A DNA stretch of 64,000 nucleotides from Raillietiella orientalis (Eukaryota). The stretch lies in NCBI GenBank assembly GCA_036172245.1, contig JAYWIR010000119.1:1-64000 (forward strand), read 5' to 3'. Of the stretch, positions 35,973 through 46,754 are shown piece by piece; the first letter of the stretch is position 1, and each line of letters starts with the position of its first letter. The notes below the pieces were generated by a model. It had not been told where the DNA came from. It did not search any database and saw only the letters and a list, made by a program, of their open reading frames with translations. The position numbers and the translations under genes are program-made.

Positions 35973-38956
35973 GGATTCGGCGGAGGGCTGAGGAACGACC
36001 GGGCATACCACCACGCCCGTCTTTACTCTAGAACTCCCGACGTTCGACGCCTGGCGGAGTATAAAGCTGGGGCTGAGCGACAGACCTGGTAATCCGGGTC
36101 GCCCAGCTTGCTGGACGCCCAAGGCCAAGAATGCTCAGCTCCGGCGAGAATAAACCGCATCCTGCGGGACTATTACTCCTCCTTGTACGCGCGTAGAACA
36201 ACAGAGAACGCCGTGGCGCAGCGCTTGCTGCCGCAAGGCGCCCCCGCGCTGCAGGAGGAGCAGGCACATGAACTCGCGGAGCCTTTCTCGATGGCGGAGA
36301 TCGTCTCCGCCATCGGAAAGCTCCGTAAGAGAAAAGCACCAGGGGAAGACGGTCTGCCCGCGGAGTTCTACCAAGGCTTCGTGGCGGAGCTGGCCCCCCT
36401 GGTGCATCGGCTATGCATGCTGATCCGAGAACAAGGGGACGTCCCCAAATCGTTCCGGTCAGCTAGAGTACGTCTCCTGCCGAAAGGAGGAGACAATCGC
36501 AACGTAGGCAACTGGTGTCCCATCACAGTAGTGAATGCGGATGCGAAGCTGCTTGCCAAGCTTTGGGCTGAGCGACTGGGACGGGTGGCGGAATCCGTGG
36601 TGAGTACGGAGCAGACATACGCTGTTCCCGGACGAAGCATGGAGGCCAACCTGTTCCTCGCCAGTACATGGTGGCAGTTGCAAAAAAGCGAAGACCAGGG
36701 AGGTCAAGAGAATCCTGGATTCTCCTCTGACCAGGGAGGGTACGCCCTTTATGGAAGAGCTGCGCCCGGTGCCCTTGCGGTCGCAGTCGATCTGCGTAAA
36801 GCGTTCGATTGCGTCGACCAGGAACTGCTTCTGGAGCTCCTGGAACGCTTGGGATTCCCGGCCGTCTTCCGGGCTTACCTGCGCTCCTGCTGGCGCTTCG
36901 CTCTAATAAACATCTCTTTTAGCGGCCGGCACGTGTACGGCGTGCCGGTTCGGCGTGGCATAAGGCAGGGTGACAGTCTGAGCCCCATGCTCTTCAGCAT
37001 CTACTTCGAGCTGGTGCTGAGGGCATACAGGGAGATTCTGGCAACCCTGCCAAGCTCGTGTCCCGGCACGCCTGCCGTGTCGGCCTACGCCGACGACCTT
37101 CTGCTCCTGCTCCCCGGGTCCACCCCGGCGTCGGCGCTCGAAGATTTCTTTGAGTTGCTGCGCCGCGGGACGGGCCTCGAGGTGAACAGAGAGAAATCTT
37201 CCATCGTTCCAACATCACCACAACTTTTCAACAATACGGCGTGGGCCGGACGGCCGGACTGGATCCGCTTGGGGATCCCCACGGGCAGGTGCTTCAAGTA
37301 CCTTGGCGTTCCGTTGGGGGACTTCTGCGTTGCAGAAGCCTGGTCCGACCGTCTCCAAAAGGTGGAGTTGGCGATCGGCCCGTTCCGGAACGGCAAGTTT
37401 TACTTGCAGGAGCGGGCCGCGGTGTGGAACGCTTTCGCGGCCCCCCTCCTTCGCCCCTTACTTTTTGTTTGCCCCGCCCCTCCCATCATACAGAGACGGA
37501 CCAAAGCCCTCTGGAGGACTGCCCTTTGGGGCACAGAGAGGTCGCGAGTCCGATTGAAAGACTTGTGCGCTCCACGCAGGGATGGTGGCTTGGGCCTCCT
37601 TACGTTGGAGCGCATCCAACTTCAAACAAGAATTCGAAAGTTAGCCCTTGCGGCTAGCTTATGGATGACGCCATTGTGCGATTCGGCACGGCTCCTCGCC
37701 AGAAGAGCGACCGGCTGCGAAGGATTGTCCTCGATCCTCGTGGCCTACCAGCGCAGCCTCTCCAACTGTGGTCCCGATTTGCTCCAGATGGTCGCCCTGA
37801 TGAGGGAGAATACCTGGATCTCCTGCATCCCCGCGAACTGCACTGCCTGGCTTCAGGAGTCAGCTTCCGCGTGGGCTAAGATCAAGGGCACGAGCGAGGC
37901 GGAATACAACTGCCTACGACGAGGACCGTACGCTCGACAGCCGCTGCAGGATATTATCAACACGCCCCGGAAGTTTCTGTGGGCTTCTTTCAGTCCCCTT
38001 GCCCCAGTTCTGTCCTCCCTTAAAAACACTAGGAGCAGCAACGAGCGGGCATCGTGGGAAGTTTCCTGCCTTATCCGAGGCAGGAAAAAACCTTTAAAGG
38101 CGTGGACGACTTGGGAGCTCACGGACGCTGCCACCCCGAGCGTCCCGCCTCACGGACTTGCGCGCTGGGGAGAGCTGCTCGCAATACCTCCGGAGGAGGT
38201 GAAGTGGCCCCCAGCGTGTTGGGATTGCGGTACACTCCCGTTGAAGTGGCAGGAGACGGCGTTGCTATTTCTGCACTGGGGACTGTTAAGCAGAGCACGC
38301 CTGTCTCACTGGACACTGGGGAATGTGGATGCCCGCAATGTCGAGTGCGGAGAAAGAGAAACCTTCCCGCATCTCACCCTCGAATGTGTCGCCCTGGATG
38401 GACTCTGAAGTCAAATCGCCCCAATCCTCCATCATCCAGTAGGCGACCCTAAGGAAGTTTACCGTCGCCTCTTTCTGCGTGACGGCCTGCGCCCCGCTGC
38501 GTCTCTAGCAGTCCTCTGCTGCGTGCGCGGCATTGTGCAAAGGTGGCACGCCAGAAAAAGAGGCCCAAGATGCAGGGACGCCATCCACTGGACGACGATC
38601 TCTTTAGAGACGGCGACAAGGTGGCGTCTACCTTTCACAATAAAAACTGAACTTGACTGCATCCTCAACAGGATGCGGAGGACCGACCCAGGCGCCCAGT
38701 GATCCCTTCCCTTTCCCCCCCCTCTCCCCATACAACTGTTTCCCTCCCCGTTATCTCTCTTTATGTTTGTTTTTGTTTTAGTTTTCCCTTCCCATGCGCC
38801 TCGGGAATGGACCTAACCGGTCTATGCACCGGCAACCGACACGTCAACCAAGGTGGGAAAACCAAGTGTTTCCCACAATTAACTTTTGAAAGACTTTATT
38901 ATATAATTTTTGTAGAAAATAAGAATAATAAATGCACCGGCATATCCGGGTGGCAA
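35973..38956 (+). mobile_element. Element A, 3' half (linker, RT, 3' UTR, terminus)
   Basis: Starts GFGGGLRNDRAY. Terminus aataaatgcaccggcatatccgggtggcaa (38927-38956). Confidence 0.9.
36108..38408 (+). CDS. RT-containing open stretch of ORF2 of A (766 codons; frameshift before the true end ~38702)
   Basis: KAPGEDGLPAEF, DLRKAFD, GIRQGDSLSP, YADDLLL, KYLGVPL. Confidence 0.88.
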   Translation: MLDAQGQECSAPARINRILRDYYSSLYARRTTENAVAQRLLPQGAPALQEEQAHELAEPFSMAEIVSAIGKLRKRKAPGEDGLPAEFYQGFVAELAPLVHRLCMLIREQGDVPKSFRSARVRLLPKGGDNRNVGNWCPITVVNADAKLLAKLWAERLGRVAESVVSTEQTYAVPGRSMEANLFLASTWWQLQKSEDQGGQENPGFSSDQGGYALYGRAAPGALAVAVDLRKAFDCVDQELLLELLERLGFPAVFRAYLRSCWRFALINISFSGRHVYGVPVRRGIRQGDSLSPMLFSIYFELVLRAYREILATLPSSCPGTPAVSAYADDLLLLLPGSTPASALEDFFELLRRGTGLEVNREKSSIVPTSPQLFNNTAWAGRPDWIRLGIPTGRCFKYLGVPLGDFCVAEAWSDRLQKVELAIGPFRNGKFYLQERAAVWNAFAAPLLRPLLFVCPAPPIIQRRTKALWRTALWGTERSRVRLKDLCAPRRDGGLGLLTLERIQLQTRIRKLALAASLWMTPLCDSARLLARRATGCEGLSSILVAYQRSLSNCGPDLLQMVALMRENTWISCIPANCTAWLQESASAWAKIKGTSEAEYNCLRRGPYARQPLQDIINTPRKFLWASFSPLAPVLSSLKNTRSSNERASWEVSCLIRGRKKPLKAWTTWELTDAATPSVPPHGLARWGELLAIPPEEVKWPPACWDCGTLPLKWQETALLFLHWGLLSRARLSHWTLGNVDARNVECGERETFPHLTLECVALDGL

Positions 38957-39756
38957 ACGTCCACGGACGGTGGCCCTCGGCACCGTAAATGCCGCAAGCC
39001 GGTCGCTAACCGGCAAACTTAAGGTGAAAGATCGCGCCGTCCACATGTAATTGGGAAGGCATTAGCCTCCGATCCGCCATGGTCACTCGCGCCATGGCAA
39101 CTCCGCTGTGGAGAGATGCAATCCTTTTCATCGGATTGTCTGCTCTCCACAGCGCGTGCACCGTGGCGAATGCACTTCGTGCAGCGACGAGCACGCGATC
39201 GGGCGTGTCCACCTGGACGGCGGATAATCGGACCACGAACGACTGGTCCATGGCCGACGGGACGACCTCTTTCCCGCGGATATTTAGCGGGGTGCGAAGA
39301 AGGCGCTGGACTAAGAATGCCTCTTTGCAGTGCACCTCCCAGTGTCCGAGCGCGTTCACAGGCATCACAGCCAAGAGGTCTTCCTGCCTGACACCGACGC
39401 GTTCGAGATAGGCCCATAGATTTTCTACGACCCCGTCGAAGACAGCAGCACAAACCGGATAGCAGAGAGCAGGCTTGTAGCCATGGGCTGCATATGCCTG
39501 CCGCTCTTCTTCGTCGGGCGGTGCACCGTTGGCTGCCGCCGCCTTGACGACAGCGGCGAAGCTTCTCGCCGGTGGCGAGACACAAGAATCAGAGGCAGAC
39601 CGGACATCTGGAATAGAGTCTCCACTGTCAGTAGCAGCCTCCACATCCATCTTTTGCTGCAAGGGCTCCGTGGACATCCCAGTGGACGCACTTGGGCACA
39701 CCACACACAAGAAGACGGAAAGGAATCACGCTCGAGGAGCAACACAGAACACGTCC
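38957..39756 (-). mobile_element. Element K: J-family 5' end and ORF1 N-terminal part, interrupted by A at the zinc knuckle
   Basis: 5' ggacgtgttctgtgttgctcctcg; ATG 39677 MSTEP; ORF 39006..39710 is homologous to 1902..2741. Confidence 0.88.
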
Positions 39757-41794
39757 GTGCACCGTTGTCGTCGAGCGTATTCCCGACTGCTGCGAAAAAG
39801 AACTCCCCGCTACTGACGACAACCCCTCTGTTGCCTCTGTCAACAGCGAGGGGAGCGAGACGGCGGCGGCGTCGGTTATCGACACCACCATCGATGACGT
39901 AGTCTTCGCGCGAGCCGCGGAGGAGCTGGCAGCCTGGTTGCAGCCAGAACCCTCCAAGGCTGGCAAGAAGGCCGTAAGGCGTCCGGCCATCCCTCAGGAG
40001 TTTTCCACTTCCGACCCCGAGGTGGAGGCCGGAAGCGCAGCCTCCGTTTCCACGGAACCGCGCAAGAAGGCTGGACGTAAGTCCACAAAGCCAAGGAAGC
40101 TCGTGTTTCCCGTCGTAGGGGAAGACATGGCTTCCGCAAGCGAGGGTGCCATCAGCGTGGGAAACACTCAGGACCCGTCGCAGGAAAGACTCCCACGCAC
40201 GGACACGGAGGGGATTGAGGGGGTGAAGGCCAAAGCGGTGGCTCAGGTGCCTGAGAAGTCCGAGACGCCCCTAGGAAATCCCGCCCGCCTCGCAAGAGGC
40301 GGGCTCCCCCACAGTTTAATCTTCCCAGCAGTAATGCCGGGAATCTCCTCCCGCCGTCGACTGCGCATTACCGTTTGGAACGTGAACGGCATGACAGACG
40401 TCAACACAAGACGAGACATGGCCGCACTTCCGGAGTCCTACGACCTTGCGCTGCTGCAGGAGATCCACGTGATCTCTGGAGAACAAGCGCAAGAGTTCGA
40501 ACGGATCTCTGGAGGGCGGCTATAATACAGGTGTGGGAGAGCGAAAAGTTGCGGTGTCGCCTACCTGCTTCGGCCAGCCGTGGAGGCCGCGGCTCGGGGC
40601 GTGCGGTTCGACGATCACGGTCGTGTCGGCCAGCTGACTCTCGGGTGGTCCGACTCGATCGATCTGATCGTCACGAACGCGTACGCACCGAGCGGCGCAG
40701 ATCTGATGACCAGGAGGGCGAGGAAAGAGCTTTTCCTTGTTCTCCAGCGAGACTGGCTGACCGAAGCAGGCGTGCGGAATGCCCATCTGGTTGCAGGCGA
40801 TTTCAACGTTCGCCTGAAACCAGATGGGCAAAATCCAGAGCGTTACCTGGTCAACGAGGTGTGCATGGAGCTGCACACCTGTAATTTGTTGACCAGTGCA
40901 CCGGGGATGGAAGACTGCATTGACCACGTGTTTCTTGACGAGCACCTGTGCCCTCGCGTGGGCAGGCGCGGGAAGTTAACGTGCGAGCTGTCCGACCATC
41001 GCCTGCTAGTCCTCGAGATCCATCCGCGCGACAGGGGCCTCCCCTAGTCAGTGTGGCGTCTCCCAGGGGACTGGCTAAAGCTCCCGGACGCGGCGGAACA
41101 TCTCCACACGTTCATACGGAGCTTCAGGGTGCGGACACTCCAGGATTGGGACCGCTTCAAGCGGTCAGTCCACGAGTTCTGCGACCAGTTCCCTCTGCAC
41201 CGCCTACCTACGGCTTTTCGGACCGGGGTCCGGAACGAACGAGCCTACCTGCAGGCTCGTAGTTACGTTAGGACCCCCGACATCCGCAGGCTAACGGAAT
41301 ACAAAGCGGGAGCCGAGAGGCAAGCCTGGCAGTCCGGATCGGCCAGCTTACTGGAAGATCAGGGCCAGGAGCACTCGGTACCTGCTCAAATCCGCGGCAT
41401 GCTGCGGAGTTACTACTCCTCCCTGTATGCCAGGGCACCTCCGGAGAAGAACGTCTCACGACTCCTGCTTTCGGAAGGCGCTCCAGCGATCGGGAGAAGC
41501 AGAGAAAGACCTTCGACGAGCCTTTCACGATGGACGAGATCCTCTCGGCCATCGGAAAGCTCAAGAGGCGAAAGGCGCAAGGGGAGGACGGCCTGCCCGC
41601 GGAGTTTTATCAAACTTTCGCGGCTGAGCTTACCCCCCTGGTACAGCAACTCACCTTGCTGATACGCCAAACAGGTGACGTTTCCGCCTCGTTTCGTTCG
41701 GCAAAGGTGCGGCTCCTCCCTAAGGGAGGAGATCTGAGGAGCATGAACAACTGGCGTCCCATCACAATAGTGAATGCGGACGCCTAGTTGCTGG
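39757..41794 (+). mobile_element. Element H, 3' continuation (ORF1 tail, EN, start of RT), interrupted by E
   Basis: Resumes at CTVVVERIPD. WNVNG, LQEIH, GDFN, IDHVF, SDH; ends WRPITIVNADA*LL. Confidence 0.85.
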
Positions 41795-44714
41795 TTGCCA
41801 CCCGGTGACGCCGGGGCGTTTATTTCAAATACTCCATGATTCGTGGTACGAGGCCCCACTACGGCAAACTCAACTGGACCTGCCGTGTCGCCGGTACGCA
41901 GACCTGCGCGACTCTCCTCGGCAGCGGAAGGGGGTGGGAGAAAAAACAAAAAGAAAACTAAATCATGAAAACAAAAAGATTTGGGAGGGCAGGGAAGGGA
42001 TCAAGGTCCATTGGAAGGAGGATCCATCCTTTGCAGGATGCCCTTGAGGTTCGTGCGTATATTTCCCAGGTGGGGCCATCTGGTCGCATTCCGCAGGTAG
42101 CGGACTGCAAGTACGACGGCATCCCTGTCGTGGCTCGGTCTTCTGACGTTGCTCCAGCAAGTCACAATCCCGCGTATGCAGCAAAGTGCAGCCAGGGTAG
42201 CGGCTGGAAGAAAGGGAATCCTGCAAGAACAGAAGCCGAATAACGTCTCTGGGCTGGCTGCCCTCCTGGATCCGTAGGGAGGGACGAAGACGTTCCCACA
42301 GGGGTCGGAGGGCAGCACAATCAACAAGGAGGTGGGGGAGGGTTCCCCGTTCCCCACACCTGATGCAGGTAGGATCTGCTCGAACCCTGGTCCAGTGGTG
42401 GCGGCGTGCGTTGCAGGGTAGACCCCAATGCAACAACAGAAGCCCTTACTCCTGCCACTTCAGGGGGAGGATTCTAGAACCAATTACTACCGGGGGACAC
42501 TTCAGGTCATCCGGCTGGATGCCGAGTAGCTCGCCTCATCTCTGAAGTCCTCTCGGCTGGACACTAGGGGTAGTGGCGTCTGCCAGTTGCCCCGTGGACC
42601 AGCCGCTTATCAACTTCTCCTTGCCTGGGATGCGGCAGGAGAGTTGCCACCTAGGCTTGGGGCTGCTAAAGAGCGCCCTCCTCAGGAAGGGCATCGCCGT
42701 AGCTAGGGGGGTTGTCTCTGCCCACGTGCTTCTCGCGGGACACTGGAGTACCTTCCGCAGAGGGCAGCGGGAATAGGCGCCGCGTCGCAGGCAGTTCCAC
42801 ATCTCTCCGTTCTTCTGGTTTATCTTCGCCCTCGTGCCAGCTGTCTCCTCCATCTATGCGGAGGAGTTGGCGGGGCTGCATACCATCCAGCCGTTTTCCT
42901 TAGCCAGAGTTGCCATGCGTCCCAGGAGAAGTCCGCATCTCTTGATCTTCGAGTGGCGGCACAGCAGATGAGACGCGAGACCCTCCGTTCCGGATACACG
43001 GCTGGCAAGGAGTCGGGCCGGAACGCACCATGGGTTGCTGCATAACTTCGCTGCGATGGCCAGGGTGCGCCATCGCAGCTGGATTTCTACTCTCTCCACC
43101 GTCAAGAGGCTGAGACCGCCATCCCAACGTGGAGCACACAAGTCCTTCTAATGGACTCGGGGCCTCCCTCTTCCCCAAAGGGCAAACCTCAGGAGGTCCT
43201 TCGTCCTTTTCTTCATGTCCCTGGGGACGGGGCAAACAAAAAGCAGGGGGCGGAGGATGGGAGCCGCAAAGGAGTTCCACACCGCGGCCCGTTCCGGAAG
43301 CAGGAACTTGTTTTCCAAGAACGGGCCGATCGCCGTTTCCACTTTTTGGAGGCAGCCGGACCACGCATCCGAAGGGGAGTAATCCCCCAACGGCACACCG
43401 ACGTACTTCAAGCACCTGGCCGAGGGGATCCCCAAACGGACCCAGTCCTGCTGCCCAGCCCACGTCGCACCGACTGGTACCACCGACGACTTCGCCTTGT
43501 TAACCTGCAGTCCGGTTCCGCGGTTAAGCAGGTCGAAGAAATCCTCGAATGCCTTTGCCGGGGTGGACATCGGCAACAAGAGCAGAAGATCGTCGGCGTA
43601 CGCTGCTACGGCGGGCGTGCCGGGGCACGAGTTCGGCAAGGGGGCCAACGTCACCCTATACGCTCTCAGCACCAACTCAAAGTAGGTGCTAACGAGCAGG
43701 GGACTGAGGCTGTCGCCCTGCCGTATGCCCCGCCGTACCGGCACGCCGTACGCCATTTGACCTCTGAAAGAGATATTGATCAGCGCGCTGCGCCAGCAAG
43801 AGCGCAGGTAGGTCAGTAGGGAGGGAGGGAAGCCCATGTGTCCCAGGAGCTCCAGCAGGAGATCCTGGTCCACGCAGTCAAACGCTTTATGCAGATCGAC
43901 TGCGATCGCTAGGGCCCCCTTCACACCTGGGAGTCCTGTCCCTGCCCGGCTGACGCCCCCAAAGCGGGGCTGCCAATCCTTCCCTCTTCCTTTTCTACAC
44001 TACTCTGCACATGAAACAATGTGCTCGCGAAGAAGAGGTGGCCTACATACTTCGCCAGGGAACAGCGTATGTCTGCTCCGGGCTAATCATGAAATTGGCC
44101 ACCTGCCTCAGACGCGAAGCTTACAGTCCGGCGATCAGCTTGGCGTCCGTATTCACAATTGTGATCGAACGCCAGTTGCTGAGTTTCCTGAGGTCTCCTC
44201 CTTTCGGAAGGAGCGTCACTCTGGCTGACCGAAAAGAGGCGGGTACATCGCCTTCATCTCGGATCAGATTTGTCAACTCAAGCACCAGGGGTGCCTACTC
44301 TGCCGCGAAGCATTGAAAGAACTCCGCGGGCAGGCCGTCCGCCCCTGGTGCTTTCCGCCTCTTGAGCCTTTTGATACCGGCGAGAATTTCGCCGGTGGTA
44401 AAAGGCTCGTCTAGGCTTTCCTTCTCCTCCTCCCCTATTGCCGGGGCACCGTCCGGAAGCAGGCGCCGAGAGGCATCTTGGTCTGGGGGCGCCCTGGCGT
44501 AAAGGGAGAAATAATAACTCCGTACGATGTGCCGTATTCTAGCCGGAGCTAAGTGCTCCCTGCCCTGGTCGTCCAGCAAGCTGGCCGACCCGGATTGCCA
44601 GGCTTGACGTTTGGCTCCGGCAAGGTACTCTGCCAGGCGACGGACATTGGGGGTCCTCGCGTAACGACGGGCATACAAGTACGCTCGTTTGTTACGGATC
44701 CACTCCCCAACTCC
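41795..44714 (-). mobile_element. Element E: 3' half of a LINE (linker to terminus), degenerate
   Basis: ORFs 44295..44837 and 43148..43924 (YADD). Terminus aataaacgccccggcgtcaccgggtggcaa. Confidence 0.9.
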
Positions 44715-46754
44715 CTTGGCGAGCGGACGTGTTTTTCCTGAGCTCCCGAGCGAGTCGACAGGAAGCGGTTTTTTCTTTGTGTGTGTTCGTGTGGAACATC
44801 GTTGGTGTCCGATGACAGCGATGTCTGAGGACACCACGATGGAAATAGGTGTCGGGGAGGCTTGCCACCCCTAGAGCCTGCAGAATCAGGGGCGTGCGCC
44901 CCGGAATCATCCCCGGCAACGCCGAGGACGTGAAGCGCCATGGTTTCTGCGCCGAGCGCGGAAACCTTGGCAGAGCAAGCGGCCTACAGGGCCTGCGGAT
45001 GTAAACCATCTCTGGTTTATAAGGTAGGACCCCTGTTTGATGGTCGCACCGCCCGGGCTTTTAGTAGGGCACTGCAGGATTTCCCTGTACGCGAGGAGTA
45101 TCTTGACGGCCTCTCCGTACTCAGCGGGGGCCAGCGCGTGGATGTCGTCTGCAAAGACGTAGCCTTAGCACAGCGCCTCATTAACACCCCGCTGAATGTG
45201 GATGGCCGGAAGATCCTGCCGGTTAGCATGGACCGCTCCGTAGTGGTCCATCTAACCGGCATTACGAACCGCATGACGCGATCTGCGGTGAGTAATGCAC
45301 TTAGTAAGTACGGTGAGATACACGCGTTGTGGCCAAAGCCTACCATTTTCGAAGGCTTTAATAGCCATTTCTTAGGCCAGACCGCAGCGCGTGTAACAGT
45401 TGATGTGGGCAGTGCCTTGCCCCACAAACGGGAGGTCGCAAAGTAATCCGTCGACCTCTGGTACGTGGGGAAACCCCGCTATTGTGGCTACTGCGATGCA
45501 GTAGGGCACTTGCGCAAGCGGTGCCCGAATATCGAGTGCCACTTGTGCGGGGTTAAGGGACACGTTCGTCGTGTGTGCCCCAAACGCCCCACCCCGGTGC
45601 CACCTGCTGCCAAAAAGGCACAGGCTGAAAAAGGAAAAAAGGTCGAAAGACCTTATCGCGAAACTGGCCGGCCCCAGCCGCCATCTCCTGTTCCTCCCAC
45701 CCAGGCGTCGGAGGAAAAACCCGCTGAAGACGCGGGAGAGGAAGAAGGATGGAAGCTGGTAAAGGCCAGAAAACAGAAAAAAGTTCCCCCCGTGGAACCC
45801 GCGAGAGCGAAGAGAGAAAAGAGCGCGAAACCGAATAAACCCGGTCCGCGCTCGAAAACTCTTCGCGAGTGGACGGTGGCACTCGAACGGATTGCCGTCC
45901 CCGAGGCTGCCACCCGGGGCGACGAGCCTCCCCTCGCCGTTTCCGCCGCGCCCGAGGTTCCCGACGACGAACCCTCTGTTTGCACAGAGGATGAGCCGCG
46001 CGAAGCGCGCGCCGACGGCGAGGACGACGCGTTCGCGCAGGCGGCAGAGGAGCTCGCGGCCACACTGGCCGAGCGTGAGAACCCCTCACGCAAGGCCGTG
46101 CAAAGGCCGGCTCCGCCGAAGAAGGCCCCCGCAGGTGAGTGCGACCTGGGGGCCGGAAGTGCAACCTCCTCGTCGGAGGCACCCCCCCGGAAGACGGGAC
46201 GCAAGTCCCAAAAGCCGAGGAGGCGCCTCCACACCACGAGCGAGGAGGAGAAGCAGGAAGCCGACGGCAGCGTGGGAATCCCGGAGGGGGAAATCCCACG
46301 CGCGGAAGTCTTCGAGCAGGCCACCCCCATGGAGGAGGGTGAGCAGGGGGGCGAAGTCCTCCTTGCCGGCGCGGACCCTGTACAGCCCACCCGTATGGAG
46401 GAGGGCCAACAGGTAGGCGCGACCCCACCGGAGGGTGACCCGCCCGACGCGCCGTCACCGATGGAGCAGGGGAACCAGGTGCTCGAGGCACCTGTCCCTC
46501 CTGCTCCAACTAGCGTCCCGCCCCAACAGGTGGCGGACGCCGCAGAGCCGATTTCCCAGGAATAACACCTGGGCTCGCCTGTCGCCTTCGAGTCCGCGTG
46601 GCCAGTTGGAACGTCAACGGGCTGCGCGACGACGGCAACAGACGAGATACGGCCGACACCCTGCGTGAGTTCGAGCTGGCCCTGCTGCAGGAGATCCACG
46701 TGATCACCTCGGCAGACGTCCAGGAGATCGAGACGATCGCGGGGGGTCGACTGT
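44715..46754 (+). mobile_element. Element D: C/B-family 5' end, disrupted ORF1 and EN start, interrupted by F
   Basis: 5' cttggcgagcggacgtg; CGYCDAVGHLRKRC; WNVNG...LQEIH...IAGGRL. Confidence 0.9.
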
